Counted from the stretch's first letter, positions 39,700 through 54,891 are shown. The stretch is 64,000 bases of DNA from Eledone cirrhosa (GCA_964016885.1 OZ024743.1:204352001-204416000); one strand, 5' to 3'. Notes: generated from the sequence alone by a model not told the origin. Made by a program: numbers and translations.

Positions 39700-42600
39700 A
39701 TATAAGATCAAAAGATGGTTAAAGGAGTTCCATGTATTTTATTATGCGCCTAGTACAATTCGAGGAAGAATTAACTAAAATAATAAAAAATCTTAAATTC
39801 AAGAGATACCCTTACAAAGGACAAGAGCACCTTGTAAATCTCAAGAACACAATCTCTAACCTAAATTCCTCAAAAAATGTTTTAGTCCACTCTGACAAAA
39901 CCAATAACTTATATCGTATTTCCAAGGATAATTATAACAACCTTATCCTAAAGGAACTTAGGAAAAAGTATCGTAAAACCAACCATGAAAATTTAGAATA
40001 CATAAACCTTGAAGCCTCTGAGATTATGTCAAAACTTGGCATTGAAAAAAAGACCGAACCATTCCTCCCAAGAACTCCGAGGATAAATCTCAAGGATTAC
40101 AAAAACAATTTTCGCACTGAACTACCTGTTAGATTAATCGCCCCCTCTAAATCTGATCTGGGGGTTGTTAGTAAAGCCATCTTGGATAGAATTATCCCAC
40201 AGGTTAGTTCTAATTGCTCTTCTTTGAACCTAAATTTATGGTTTGGTACTTCTGAGGTGATTGGCTGGTTCAACAAATTGGATAATAAAAACAAACTAAA
40301 ATTTATTCAATTTGATATTGCCAGCTACTATTCCTCCATTTCGCCTTCACTTCTCAATAATGCTCTATCTTTCGCACTTAAATATTCTGACATCACCACA
40401 GATGAACTTCACATCATCCTCACCGCACGTAAAACCATCCTAGAGCTCAACAACGAATATTGGACCAGAGCCGATACCTCTAACAACTTCGACATCACAA
40501 TGGGAGCATCCGATTCATCCCAATTGACTGATTTAATTGGTATCTTCATTTTGAACTCTTTGAGTCGGAAAATTCCTCAACTTCGCGGTGGAATTTATCG
40601 TGACGATGGACTCTTTACTATCCTAAATTGCAATATAGTTAACCTTAATATTATTAAGAACAATATACGTAATCTCTTTAACCAACATAACCTAAAAATT
40701 GAATTTGATAATAGTATCAAACTAGCTAATGTCTTGGATGTATCTCTTAATCTTGACACTGGCCTATATTACCCTTACCATAAAAACAATGAGAACCTAA
40801 ATTATGTTAACTTTAAATCTAACCATCCTACCAATATCAAGAATGCTATAGTTAGTAATATTGGAAAAAGAATATCTAACATATCCTCTAACAAAAACAT
40901 CTTTGATGCTAACGCCAATTACTATAATAACGCACTTTCTAAAGCCGGCTATCCAGATAAAATCAAATATAGTAAAGAAACAAATTCTAGAAAAACTTAC
41001 AGTAGAATAATTAATCATGATCATTCCAATAATTTTAATAAAAGACCTAGATACAAAAACATAATCTGGTATAATGCTCCTTTCTCCATCTCTATTAATA
41101 ACAATATTCCTAAATTATTTTGTAGTGCCTTAAATAAATGCTTCCCTCCCTCACATATCTATAGTAAAATATTTAACAAACACACCATCAAATTTTCTTA
41201 TTCTACATCCTCCAATATTTCCAACATCATCTCTAAACACAACAATAAAATACTAAATACTAAATCTCTTCCTTCCAATTTTATAATAACAGTAATAGTA
41301 CTCCCGACGTCATTGTAAACCCTAGGCTAACTTCTGTAAACCCAAATACAACGTCAAACACAACTTCGCTAAATGTTCATAATCCAACTCTAAATCAAGA
41401 AACTATTATTCCTATTATTCCTATCGCAAACAACTTCTACAATCCAATTCCTTCTATAGATAACACTAGGTCACTCATTAATAATCTCTCTAATTGCAAC
41501 TGCCGCATTAAAAATAAATGTCCTCTCAACAACCATTGTCTCGATAAAAACTTAATTTATGAATGTAAAATTATAACTAGCACCAATTCCTTCACCTATT
41601 TTGGCTCCACTTGCACCTCTTTTAAAGCTCGTCTCTATAATCATCATTCATCTTTCAAATACAAACTTAAAAGAACCAACACTGCTCTCTCAGAACTCAT
41701 ATGGTCCTTAAAAGACAAAAACATTAAATATACCATCTTTTGGAAGAAGGTTTCTTCTGCATCCTCATACTTGAACAGCTCTCTATCTAAAATCTGTAAT
41801 CTCTGCCTAAATGAAAAATTTACCATTATCTCTAACCTAGATTCTATAATAAATAGACGTACAGATTTGTTTTCTATCTGCCTGCATAAATTCCATAGGA
41901 CTTTTCACAAAGTATACAGTTAATATTCAATTCTTTATCAATTTAGAATCTTTTCTCAAAGGCACATATACATACACCTCTTTAAAATATACCCATCTTC
42001 CTACCTTACTTTAAAGGGCATTATACACTCTATAATACTTGTTTACTCATTACCCTCATTCTATCTTCACCTTGTAAAATCCTTCATAACATATACATTT
42101 GTTTTTTTGACGTTAGAATATTCATCCGCAATTATTATTATTTTTTCTCTCTATCATAAATCTTTTTAATCTCAATTTCATCCTTAATTTATTATTTTTT
42201 TCTCCCCATCAACGAACTCATTCTTAATACATATTAACTCTTTATTCGCATATATTATCAATTCCTTCAATATACAAACTTTAACTTCACATTATTTTTC
42301 TCAAATCCTTCTACACACAAACCTTAATAATTTTTCTCTTCGTTAATTTTGAAATTGCCACAATACTTATCAACATACACTTTTTTTGACGTTAGAATAT
42401 TCATCCACAATTATTATTTTTTCTCTCTATCTTCATACATAAATTCCCTTCGTTAATTTTCAAATTCCTTTAATTTATACATTATCTTCCAACGGTTCTC
42501 AACCTCTCTATGTAAAACTATATATCTTTTTCTCAGTTATAAAAACTATCTCTTTCTCTCTATCACCCATCTCTCCCTCTCCACCTTCACTCTCATCTCC

Positions 42601-43058
42601 TCCCTCTTTTTTCATCCTCCCCCCCCCCCCTCCCTAAATAAAATATTTTTCCTCGCACATATCCTCCCTTCGTTAATTTTCAAATTTTTTTAATTTATAC
42701 ATTATCTTCCAAAGGTTTTCAACCTCTCTATGTAAAACAATATATCTCCTCTCAGTTATAAAAACTATCTCTTTCTCTCTATCACCCATCTCTCCCTCTC
42801 ATCTCCTCCCCTTTTTCATCCTTTCCACCCCCCCCCCCTCTCTAAATAAAATATTTTTCCCAATATCACACATCAATCTAAAACCACTTTTCATATGTTG
42901 ATTTAAAACTGCACTATCCACAAGTGTTTTTTAGCCTTCATATCATGTTCTCCTGTTTTATCTGATGAAAACACAAATATTATTGCATGATGATGTTTGT
43001 TTTTGATATGCGCATAATAAAATACATGGAACTCCTTTAACCATCTTTTGATCTTATA

Positions 43059-43059
<1 letters not shown>
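39700..43059 (+). mobile_element. Penelope-like element, copy 2 of 17251-20612
   Basis: ORF 39732-41318; TGG intact where copy 1 has TAG; 7-bp deletion frameshift at ~41278. Confidence 0.93.
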
Positions 43060-43120
<61 letters not shown>

Positions 43121-45907
43121 CTATGACCAGTGTACATAGATCACAGACACCCACATATATATATATATATATATACACGCACACACACATACATTATCAT
43201 CATCATCATCATTTAACATCCTTCTTCCATGCTATGGGTTGGACGGTTTTGTCCCACTTGAGGCGAGATTGGTCAGGAGACCGTGTCTCGCTGGTACAGA
43301 ACTGTCGCTGGCAGGTTTACTATGGCTGGATGCCCTTCCTAACACCAACCACATTTACAGTATGGACTGGCATCCTTTTTACCGTGTCTCCTACATGACC
43401 ACTTTACAGTGTGGACTGGGTGCTTCTTGTTGTGTCACCTACACGACCGCTTTACAGTGGATGGAAATAGGAGGATGGAGTAGGGGATGTGGCCTGGGGT
43501 GTATATTGGGTTAAGAGGTGCCTACTGACTGTAGGTTTAAGTTTGTATGCAAGGGAAGGGGTGTTTTCTGTATAACTGCATAGCGCCAAAGATCTCGATC
43601 CAGTGATATTGTCTTAGAGAGGTGTAAGTGAGCAAGGTCAGTTTTTATCAACTCGTCCCAAGTTTTTCTTGGTCTAAGCACTCCGTAACTTCCATCAATT
43701 TTGATCGCCCTGCACATTTTTATACAACTGTTGTCCTACACCAGGAGAAAGGTAGGAACAGCTGTAAAAATGCATCATGATCAACATATATAGAAAGTAG
43801 AAAGAGCCACATCTGTTGAAGCATAACAATATCTGTAGAAACATACAAACACCTGTAGAAAGATAGCAGCATATATAAAAAGTTGTACTTATATTTAACT
43901 ATAAAGTATCATAGAAAACATTGATTTTTTCACACTAGTAGAGAAGTGATTAGATAGAGCTCAATATTTTACTGGTAAATATATTTTATTGACTCAGGAG
44001 GACTAAAAGCCAAATATACACCTATTATGATTTGCAGCACAGAAATATAAAAAGTCATGCCTCAATTAAACACTGTATCTAAGATGGGAAATATTGATTC
44101 GTTCTGACTAGAGAAAGAGTATAATCAACTAATTTTACTCTGGGATATTACAGGTGAAGGCACATTTAAGCAAGATACTTTATTTCATGCTGCTCCTTCT
44201 GCCTGGATTTGTGACCAGTAAATAGTATTAGCAATTGGAAAGACCAATAGAAACATTGTTTTCTCAGTCCGATTTGACAAGGTTTGCGATCTTGTTGATC
44301 GACTGTCGATATTACAGGTATTTATTCTAGTAATACTCAGGAGTGGATGGGTGTGGAGGCAATTACTGTATATACTCGAATATAAGCCAATTCAAATATA
44401 TGCTGACCCCTTATTTTATGTCTGAGAAATAGGTGAAAATCCAAACCCTACTTATAAACTGAGGCAGCTAATCAACACATTGTTTAGATAGCGTATATAA
44501 GCCAACCTCCCATTTTACCACAGATTTTTTTTATACATATTCCTCAATTTATATTTGAGTATATATGGTAAATATGAGCTCAGAATGAAGAAAGATGTAA
44601 GTAAATATTTTAATTCTAAGTTTTGGAGAAATGATATATATACTAATTCAAGATGGACTACAAACAATACAAACATGAAGAACAGTAATGAGATATACCA
44701 ACAAAGCAATGGCGGTATCAGGAAATCAATGAGATGAACTAATGATAAACTAATCAACTGATTAACAAGACAGAAACGTCTGGTGGAGAACTTGTAAATT
44801 AAATAAGGAAACTAGCAACAGAATTATACCAGAGTAGACAAAAAGACATTACTGAGAGTGAGAAAAAATTGTCAGAGCACTATAATAAATTTAATGATAT
44901 AAGGATATGATATATTGAAATAATGATAACATACAATGATATAACAACAACAACAATAATAATAATGGTTTCTCATTTAGGCACAAGGCCAATGTGTATA
45001 CACACACATTTATATATATACATACACACACGTATATATATGGGCCTTCCAGTTTCATTTCACATTATATACATGTCTGTGTACATTTTAATTATTCAAA
45101 AATTAATTTTAAGTGAACATGATTTTTTTTAATAGAACGTGGTCCAACGGGTCACAGCTGGTCTAGTTATTATTATTATTTATTTACCAAAGCAATCTGG
45201 CTTATTTATAGAAGCTCCACTGAAGATTTCCATGCACAAACAGACTATTCGGTAAACCCAGTGAAAATCTTAAGTTCATTCATAAGGACTCTAGTCACCC
45301 TGTCCCCACTACATCAGCAAGAGGATATCCAACCTCTCTTCTAGCAAAGCCATTTTTAATAGGGCAGCCCTAAGCAACAGCGGCTTCTCTGAGAGAATCA
45401 CTTACTCTCCAGATCACCGCCTTATATCTAGCAAGAAAAAACCTAGACATAAAGACATCATGTATAATATATATATATATATATCGGTTTCAGCATCATA
45501 TGCATCGTTAAATGCGGGTATGCAGAATATTGTTAAGTTGCATATTTGTACAAATAGTGATGAAAATAATAGTAAAAATAAAAAGGGGAAGAAAAATAAA
45601 TTTTCATATACATGTTCATATACTGTCACAACCAAGCTACTAACAGAGATGGATGGACAGGGAAATGAACTCTCTTCTCTGAATGAACATGTATGTGAAA
45701 ATAAATTTTCCTTCCCCTTTTATTTTTTATTATTATTTTTATCACTATTTGTACAAATATGCAACTTGACAATATTCTGCATATCCGCATTTGACAATGC
45801 ATATGATGCTGAAACCGATATTGTAAATAAGTTAATGTTTTGATATTTCACTGAAAAAATCTCTTCAACATTTTCAACTGAAAAAATGTTTTTCCTTTCT
45901 ACTATTT

Positions 45908-46017
<110 letters not shown>

Positions 46018-46635
46018 TTGAGGTTGGTAATGGCACATGGAATATATAAGAGACAGAATACTTTTTTGTGAAAAAACATAATTTTATAAGGTAAGGAAAT
46101 AATAAAGGGTATAAAAAATGACCGGTTTCGATGGGTCTGCAAAAGCCATCTTTTCAAATGTTGATTAATATTAAGAAAAATTAATAATACGAAGAGTTAA
46201 AATTTGAGACTTGAAAATTCAAGTATAAAATTCATTGTGGGATTTCATAGCAGTTTTCATCTTGGTAGCAACAACAGGTTGACTGCTGTGTCCCTTTCTG
46301 GTAGTGAATGAGAAGTTATTTGGGGTGTGGGTTATTTTATAAAGGTCAGATTTAGCAATCACCAACTGGCCAGCTGCTGGTCAGTGAGGGGGTGGAAGCA
46401 ATATACATACACATATCTTCCTGTGATGGGTAGGAGAGTGGAGCGTGATAGAAAGGGATTTAGTGCACTTACACCTATATATACACACATACCTTCATCC
46501 ACACATACATACATATACATATACATATATATATATATATATATATACATATACACACATACATACACACACACATACATATACATACACACATACACAC
46601 ACACACATATATATATACACATACACACACACACA

Positions 46636-49600
46636 CCAGTGTACATAGATCACAGACACCCACATATATATATATATATATACACGCACACACACATACA
46701 TTATCATCATCATCATCATTTAACATCCTTCTTCCACGCTATGGGTTGGACGGTTTTGTCCCACTTGAGGCGAGATTGGTCAGGAGACCGTGTCTCGCTG
46801 GTACAGAACTGTCGCTGGCAGGTTTTCTATGGCTGGATGCCCTTCCTAACACCAACCACATTTACAGTATGGACTGGCATCCTTTTTACCGTGTCTCCTA
46901 CATGACCACTTTACAGTGTGGACTGGGTGCTTCTTGTTGTGTCACCTACACGACCGCTTTACAGTGGATGGAAATAGGAGGATGGAGTAGGGGATGTGGC
47001 CTGGGGTGTATATTGGGTTAAGAGGTGCCTACTGACTGTAGGTTTAAGTTTGTATGCAAGGGAAGGGGTGTTTTCTGTATAACTGCATAGCGCCAAAGAT
47101 CTCGATCCAGTGATATTGTCTTAGAGAGGTGTAAGTGAGCAAGGTCAGTTTTTATCAACTCGTCCCAAGTTTTTCTTGGTCTAAGCACTCCGTAACTTCC
47201 ATCAATTTTGATCGCCCTGCACATTTTTATACAACTGTTGTCCTACACCAGGAGAAAGGTAGGAACAGCTGTAAAAATGCATCATGATCAACATATATAG
47301 AAAGTAGAAAGAGCCACATCTGTTGAAGCATAACAATATCTGTAGAAACATACAAACACCTGTAGAAAGATAGCAGCATATATAAAAAGTTGTACTTATA
47401 TTTAACTATAAAGTATCATAGAAAACATTGATTTTTTCACACTAGTAGAGAAGTGATTAGATAGAGCTCAATATTTTACTGGTAAATATATTTTATTGTC
47501 TCAGGAGGACTAAAAGCCAAATATACACCTATTATGATTTGCAGCACAGAAATATAAAAAGTCATGCCTCAATTAAACACTGTATCTAAGATGGGAAATA
47601 TTGATTCGTTCTGACTAGAGAAAGAGTATAATCAACTAATTTTACTCTGGGATATTACAGGTGAAGGCACATTTAAGCAAGATACTTTATTTCATGCTGC
47701 TCCTTCTGCCTGGATTTGTGACCAGTATATAGTATTAGCAATTGGAAAGACCAATAGAAACATTGTTTTCTCAGTCCGATTTGACAAGGTTTGCGATCTT
47801 GTTGATCGACTGTCGATATTACAGGTATTTATTCTAGTAATACTCAGGAGTGGATGGGTGTGGAGGCAATTACTGGATATACTCGAATATAAGCCAATTC
47901 AAATATATGCTGACCCCTTATTTTATGTCTGAGAAATAGGTGAAAATCCAAACCCTGCTTATAAACTGATGCAGCTAATCAACACATTGTTTAGATGGCG
48001 TATATAAGCCAACCACCCATTTTACCACAGATTTTTTTTTATACATATTCCTCAATTTATATTTGAGTATATATGGTAAATATGAGCTCAGAATGAAGAA
48101 AGATGTAAGTAAATATTTTAATTCTAAGTTTTGGAGAAATGATATATATACTAATTCAAGATGGACTACAAACAATACAAACATGAAGAACAGTAATGAG
48201 ATATACCAACAAAGCAATGGCGGTATCAGGAAATCAATGAGATGAACTAATGATAAACTAATCAACTGATTAACAAGACAGAAACGTCTGGTGGAGAACT
48301 TGTAAATTAAATAAGGAAACTAGCAACAGAATTATACCAGAGTAGACAAAAAGACATTACTGAGAGTGAGAAAAAATTGTCAGAGCACTATAATAAATTT
48401 AATGATATAAGGATATGATATATTGAAATAATGATAACATACAATGATATAACAACAACAACAATAATAATAATGGTTTCTCATTTAGGCACAAGGCCAA
48501 TGTGTATACACACACATTTATATATATATATACACACACGTATATATATGGGCCTTCCAGTTTCATTTCACATTATATACATGTCTGTGTACATTTTAAT
48601 TATTCAAAAATTAATTTTAAGTGAACATGATTTTTTTAAATATTTTGAAGAGAACGTGGTCCAACGGGTCATAGGTGGTCTAGATATTATTATTATTTAT
48701 TTACCAAAACAATCTGGCTTATTTATAGAAGCTCCACTGAAGATTTCTCTCCCCTATCTCACATCCATAATGAATCTAGGCCACGTAGAGACTGGTGGAG
48801 TCTATGTGCATTTCCTCTATTCATACCAGTAAGTTCAGTTAACCACGAAATAGCAAAGCACACAGTTATTCAGCATGTTCTACAATGTTAAGACTACTCA
48901 CAACAGTGATAATTTGCTGCCATACCATACTTACATACAAATAGCTTCAATGTACATTTGAAAGTGAAGTGTTTGGTCAGCGATGGTTTGAAAAAAACAT
49001 CTGTCACACTATCTATGGTAGATATGTGCTGATTAAAACAACAATAACAAGAGCATAAACAAGAAAAGTAAGGTCTTACCATCCCTATTTTTACACAATT
49101 TCTCTGTGGCAACCATTAAATTGAGATTGATTCCGTATAATTCCATGAATTCCTTAATTTCATTGCACGCAGTAAAATCTTTTATGCAAGTAGTCAATGT
49201 TTTCTTTTGAATTCCATCCGTACTAGAAACAGATTTAAAGTTAGACTGAAATGCATGTGACTTGATTTGATTTCTAGTTTCATGTATGCATGATCTGTGT
49301 TAGCATTAAGAAAAACACCAGAGAGACAAATGATCAACCAAATTATACAATTTGTAATATTTGCCGTGAGAAATAGTACAGGTAGAAAATATAAAGCTTC
49401 AAGTATTCCCCACTGCAGACAACGTATTTCGAAACATCATTTAGATGTCATTAATTTAAGTATTAGCAACACATTGAAGTCAATTTAATCTACTAAACGT
49501 GTCTTCTACCAAACTTTAACTTCCTAGACATTAATTTAGATCTAAGTCCATGCACAAACAGACAGAAAGTTGCATATTTGTACAAATAGTGATAAAAATA

Positions 49601-49939
49601 ATAGTAAAAACAAAAAGGGGAAGAAAAATAAATTTTCATATACATGTTCATATACTGTCACAACCAAGCTACTAACAGAGATGGATGGACAGAGAAATGA
49701 ACTCTCTTCTCTGAATGAACATGTATGTGAAAATAAATTTTCCTTCCCCTTTTATTTTTTATTATTATTTTTATCACTATTTGTACAAATATGCAACTTA
49801 ACAATATTCTGCATATCCGCATTTGACAATGCATATGATGCTGAAACCGATATTGTAAATAAGTTAATGTTTTGATATTTCACTGAAAAAATCTCTTCAA
49901 CATTTTCAACTGAAAAAATGTTTTTCCTTTCTACTATTT

Positions 49940-49942
<3 letters not shown>
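46636..49942 (+). repeat. Third copy of sub-block B (20674-24260)
   Basis: Collinear at ~25.96-kb offset. Lacks 23594-23883 but keeps the segment deleted in copy 2. Confidence 0.93.
49080..49222 (-). CDS. Paralogous candidate exon (copy of 23111-23253)
   Basis: Open frame; four substitutions, all amino-acid changing (H>N, Y>F, P>L, S>N). Confidence 0.6.
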
Positions 49943-49980
<38 letters not shown>

Positions 49981-50840
49981 GATGGGTTTATGTCTTGGTT
50001 TTTTCTTGCTAGATATAAGGCGGTGATCTGGAGAGTAAGTGATTCTCTCAGAGAAGCCACTGTTGCTTAGGGCTGACATTTTGTCATTGAATAAATCCGC
50101 TACTGTGTGGAAATTTAGGAGTGGCTCTTCCTGTTGTTGTTTTGCTATATAATAAATGTATATATTATATATATACATCATCATCATCACCATTTAACGT
50201 CCATTTTCCACGCTAGCATGAGTTAGATGGGATTTTCCATTAGAGGCAAGTCAGATCAGGTGACTATGTCTTACTCATATAGAACTGTTTCTGGCTAGAT
50301 TTCTATGGTTGGATGTCCTTCCTAACGCCAACCAGATTTACAGTATGTGCTGGATGCTTTGTTGGGGCATGGGAGATGTATGGAAGGAGGTATAGTGGTT
50401 AAGATTGTATGTATTACTGCATAATGCCAACATTTTGATCCTGTATCATTGTCTTTGATGTCAGCTTTTATCACCTCATACCAGGTCTTCCTACTTCATA
50501 GCTTCTATCAACTTTGATTGCCCTGCACATTCTTTTACAGATGTCACCCTTCATATGCATCACATCACCATACCAACACAATCTATTCTCTAGCATACTG
50601 CATCTGATCCCTCTTAAGCCTAATTTCTCTCTCAGTTCATTTACGTTTTGCCGTTCGTGTATATTACTATCACATATCCATCAAAGCATGCAAGCATCAT
50701 CTGTTAGGGATTGATTAAAATGCAACTTCCATGGTCCACCAACAAACAGATTTTAGCTTTGTTGCCATGTCACACCTCTGCTACTCAAGCACATTGAACA
50801 GCTTTCATTAATAATAAGTGGAGATAAGCTATATATATAA

Positions 50841-51843
50841 CTAGCATTAAAGCCCGGCGTTGCTCGGGGTCAGTAAGTTACGAAAGTTAGGTTGCACCAC
50901 CCATTTTATGGCAGCACTTTTTTGTCTGCCAGGCACTTGGTGAATGAATAGTAGACCTGGACTGCCGAAGCAGGAGCTGCTCCAGCAGTGACAATTGTAG
51001 TTTCGCCTATGGATATTTTCTCTGTGCAAAGAAGTGTTGAAATTTATTGTTTCACAGTACTTGCGTAACACGCGCATAGACGATGCCAGCCGAACAACAG
51101 AGCTGCGATGGAGTTGTTCTGCATGGTTGTCTAATGTGTGTTTTCTAAATTTAAGACAATAGGGAGGGGTGTGGTGTGGGGGAGAGTTAGCTGTTGTTTC
51201 TAGCAGGTTTAGTGACCTCATAGAGTATATGTGTTTTCTAAATTTAAGACAGTAGGGAGGGGTGTGATATGGGGGAGAGTTAGCTGCTGTTTCTAGCAGG
51301 TTTAGTGACCTCATAGAGGATATTATTGTGTATAGTAAATAAACTGATACTTCTTTCTTCCACGTTCGTTGAGAGATGTTTTAAAAAAGATTTATCGCTA
51401 TTTTTTTTGTTGTTGAATAAATTTATCTGTTGCTTATGAATAATTGTTGTCATGGAAGTAAATAATATTTTGACCGTTCCACACTCAAAAACAAACGTTC
51501 TCGTCTCTCTCCTTCGTTTCTTTCTCTCTTCTTTCTTCGGCGTTCCTAAAGAAGTTTGTAAGTTTAAGCGTATAAGAGAAAGTTGCATGTATGTAGTTTT
51601 ATCGAATTGTAAGGGAAGTAGAGAGAGGATATCAGATTGTATTAGAGGGTTAAAGTATCATGTATTTAGTTTTATCGATTATTTCCGTAAATGTAGGTGA
51701 GTTTGAACGAAATAAATAGTCGGTGACCTACGTTAGACCATTTACAACATTCTTACAGACGTTGAGTCGAATCGGTTTGAAATTGTGCAAATGTATAAAC
51801 ATGGAACATGCCCACACACAACAACAATCTGCCTTTTATAGAT
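50841..51843 (-). mobile_element. Non-autonomous Helitron-like element, both ends present
   Basis: 5' TC and 3' hairpin + CTAG, inserted between A and T. Confidence 0.65.
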
Positions 51844-51847
51844 AATT

Positions 51848-52187
51848 GTTTCTACTTTTGGCACAAGGCCAGCAATTAGCCAGTACATTACTAGTACTTT
51901 ATTTTATCGACCCCATAAGGATGAAAGGCAAAGTTAGCCTCGGCGGGATTTGAACTCAGAATGTAAAGGGACATAACTATGCTAGAAAGCATTTTATAGA
52001 TAATTGTTTCTACTTTTGGCACAAGGCCAGCAATCACCCAGTACATTACTGGTACTTTATTTTATCGACCCCGTAAGGATGAAAGGCAAAGTTAACCTCT
52101 GCGGGATTTGAACACAGACCGTAAAAGGGCGTAACTATGCTGGAAAGCATGGCGTCCGACTCTCTACTGATACTGCCAATCCACCGT
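51848..52187 (-). mobile_element. Two tandem tRNA-derived SINE copies
   Basis: Same family as 88-536; separated and followed by the repeat 'ttttatagataatt'. Confidence 0.8.
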
Positions 52188-52296
52188 CCAAGCATTTTAT
52201 AGATAATTATACATATATGTATTGAGTTTTAACATAAATAAAAGACTTCAAAATTTATAACGTAATGACAAGTGATTAAGTGATTATTCAAATTAC

Positions 52297-52432
52297 TTGC
52301 AAAAAATATCGAATTCCTCTTTTGTCGAGTCTGCCTTCTTTGGCTGAATTAAACCAGCTGTACAACTTTGAAATTCCTCTAATGCTTTCATTACACAGCC
52401 ATTGGTCACTGGAAACCACCAGGAAATAGTAA
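52297..52432 (-). CDS. Paralogous candidate exon (copy of 32892-33027)
   Basis: Open frame, splice sites intact; K>Q plus one synonymous change. Confidence 0.65.
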
Positions 52433-52714
52433 CTGAAATAAAAGATGGATAAATGATTAAGTATGTATTAATTTTCATATACATGTATATGAGTGTTTGT
52501 GTATGCGTGTATTTGTCCATGTGCATGTATTTGTGTGTGTAAATGGTTCTGGGTAATTACATTGTGTGCATTTTTCTACAAGTGTCTTCTACTGTATCTT
52601 TTGGTTGACCAATAACTTGTGAGTATAATTATGTAAACAGAACAGTATGGAATTCAGCCATATGTATGTTTATATATATATATGTGTATGTGTATGTGTG
52701 TGTGTGTGTGTATG

Positions 52715-52745
<31 letters not shown>

Positions 52746-52803
52746 TATAGTAGTGAAAGAGTGAAGAATAACATGGTCGGCTGTACAAAAAGGGTTTTAT
52801 TTA

Positions 52804-52918
52804 CAGTATTAACAATTGTTTCATTGATCAGGTGAGTCTAAAGGACGCTAATCACTCGAAGTTGCATCTATCGACCTTGAATACTGTGTGCGACTCTGAT
52901 CAAATCATCAGAATACTG
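52804..52918 (-). ncRNA. Type I hammerhead ribozyme, long stem II
   Basis: cagtatt-CTGATGA-t-ttgatcag...ctgatcaa-t-GAAAC-aatt-GTT-aatactg. Confidence 0.85.
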
Positions 52919-53238
52919 GAGGGTGTAACACATAGCATTGGTATTTATAGATACATCGGAGAATCAAGTGAATTATAACAACCTCTAACGGGATCACCTA
53001 ACTTGTTATCCCATATATATATAATATAAAACGAAAAATCATTGTTGCATCTGAACTCAAATTTAACATACTCTGATTATATCATACTCTGGTGTGTAAG
53101 AGCATAGAGTGTTCAACCGGCATACCGCATAAGGAAGCATCTTAGCTACCATCAGACACACAAACATATATATATATACATATATATAAAATAAAGTTAA
53201 ATAAAAGTCAAATGATTAAAATTTAGCTTCGTTTATTG

Positions 53239-53291
53239 CTGCTATATATATTTCAGTGACAGCCATCTTTGGCTGTGACCTCTTCAGGCAG
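53239..53291 (-). ncRNA. Type I hammerhead ribozyme
   Basis: ctgc-CTGAAGA-ggtcacagcc-aaagat-ggctgtcact-GAAA-t-atat-ATA-gcag. Confidence 0.8.
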
Positions 53292-53344
53292 TTTGAATTA
53301 GTATGGTATAGACAAGTACATATGTTGTTTAGGTGTATATATAC

Positions 53345-53507
<163 letters not shown>

Positions 53508-53531
53508 CAGTTATATGTATATATAAAGATA

Positions 53532-53562
<31 letters not shown>

Positions 53563-53611
53563 CAGCTATATGTATATATAAAGATAATATATATATATAT
53601 ATATACTATAA

Positions 53612-54153
53612 TACTATAAAGTATGTCCATAGAATCATTTGATAAGATATATACACCATTTCCTCTCCACATCAGCATAATCAACCACACAAAAAAACAA
53701 TTAAACCAGGCTATAAGATTATAAGGCACCTATGAAGAAATAATAGATAAATAAATGACAGCCATCTATTCGCGATCAACAGCTATAGAATATTTACCCA
53801 CCATTTCAATAGCACGTGGAAATCGATTAAATATACGGTCAACCATACACAATTAGGTATAAAATTAAAGTTAGAAGAAAAAATGCATATAAACATACCA
53901 GGATTACGTTTCTACGCCTTGGGGTTTCATTCGCTTTTAGAAATATCCGATCAAGGATAAATTCTCGAGCTTCGAAATCATCAGGAAACAAACTCAGATG
54001 GCTGTCATTTATTTATCTATTATTTCTTCATAGGTGCCTTTTAATCTTATAGCCTGGTTTAATTGGTTTTTTGTGTGGTTGATTATGCTGATTGGGAGAG
54101 GAAATGGTGTATATATCTTATCAAATGATTCTATGGACATACTTTATAGTATA
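53612..54153. repeat. ~155-bp inverted arms around a ~225-bp spacer containing an HHR
   Basis: 53612-53768 is the reverse complement of 53996-54153. A diverged third copy lies at ~57056-57210. Confidence 0.85.
53908..53989 (-). ncRNA. Type I hammerhead ribozyme
   Basis: gtttc-CTGATGA-t-ttcg...tatcc/ggata...cgaa-t-GAAAC-cccaaggc-GTA-gaaac. Confidence 0.75.
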
Positions 54154-54678
54154 TTGCTCTGATTATGTAATTAATTAATTCATCATTGAGCCACATCGTG
54201 AATGGTTGCCAAAAACACATATTGCCAAAAACGTAGTTTCGTGGCATATTATGCAAAAACACTACATCATAGAGATATAGAGTTTTTGTGAGGTCTGTCG
54301 ACTTATCAAGTGGATACCTCATTAAGGGTTTCAAAACACGTCTGTGATGCGTGAGATAGAATCTCGAAAAGGCGGAGGTGGAGTCAATCACGTGATACAG
54401 CGGTCAAGAAACAGAGCTAAGCCCCTTATAACCCTGAAAAATATACCACGTAGGCGGAGGGGGTATTTATATCAAAGTCAAAGAAGAGGTGGTTTGAGGA
54501 GGCGAAAAGTACGAGTAATGGTAGCTATCCAGCAGTCACTACCCTTCAAAGGGAGTTATAAACAATATATAGAGAAACACACAGATACATGCGGACACAT
54601 ACATACACATGAATATATCCACATATATGCCTGAGTTAGTGGCACCAACGTCAGCCGATGTTGCTCTATATGTATGTG

Positions 54679-54741
<63 letters not shown>

Positions 54742-54891
54742 TGTTATACTTTGGGAGGGTCATGTTGCCAATAAGAAACACACGCACCAGTTGCTTTCAC
54801 TTCAATTTATTATAATAAATTTATAAATTTAGGAATTTATAAATTTATAAATTTCTGGTTGGTTCCACAACCAGATAGTTGTTTATATATT

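Larger units (their letters stand above)
49979..52710 (+). repeat. Segmental duplication block C, copy 2
   Basis: Matches 31129-33315. Confidence 0.93.
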
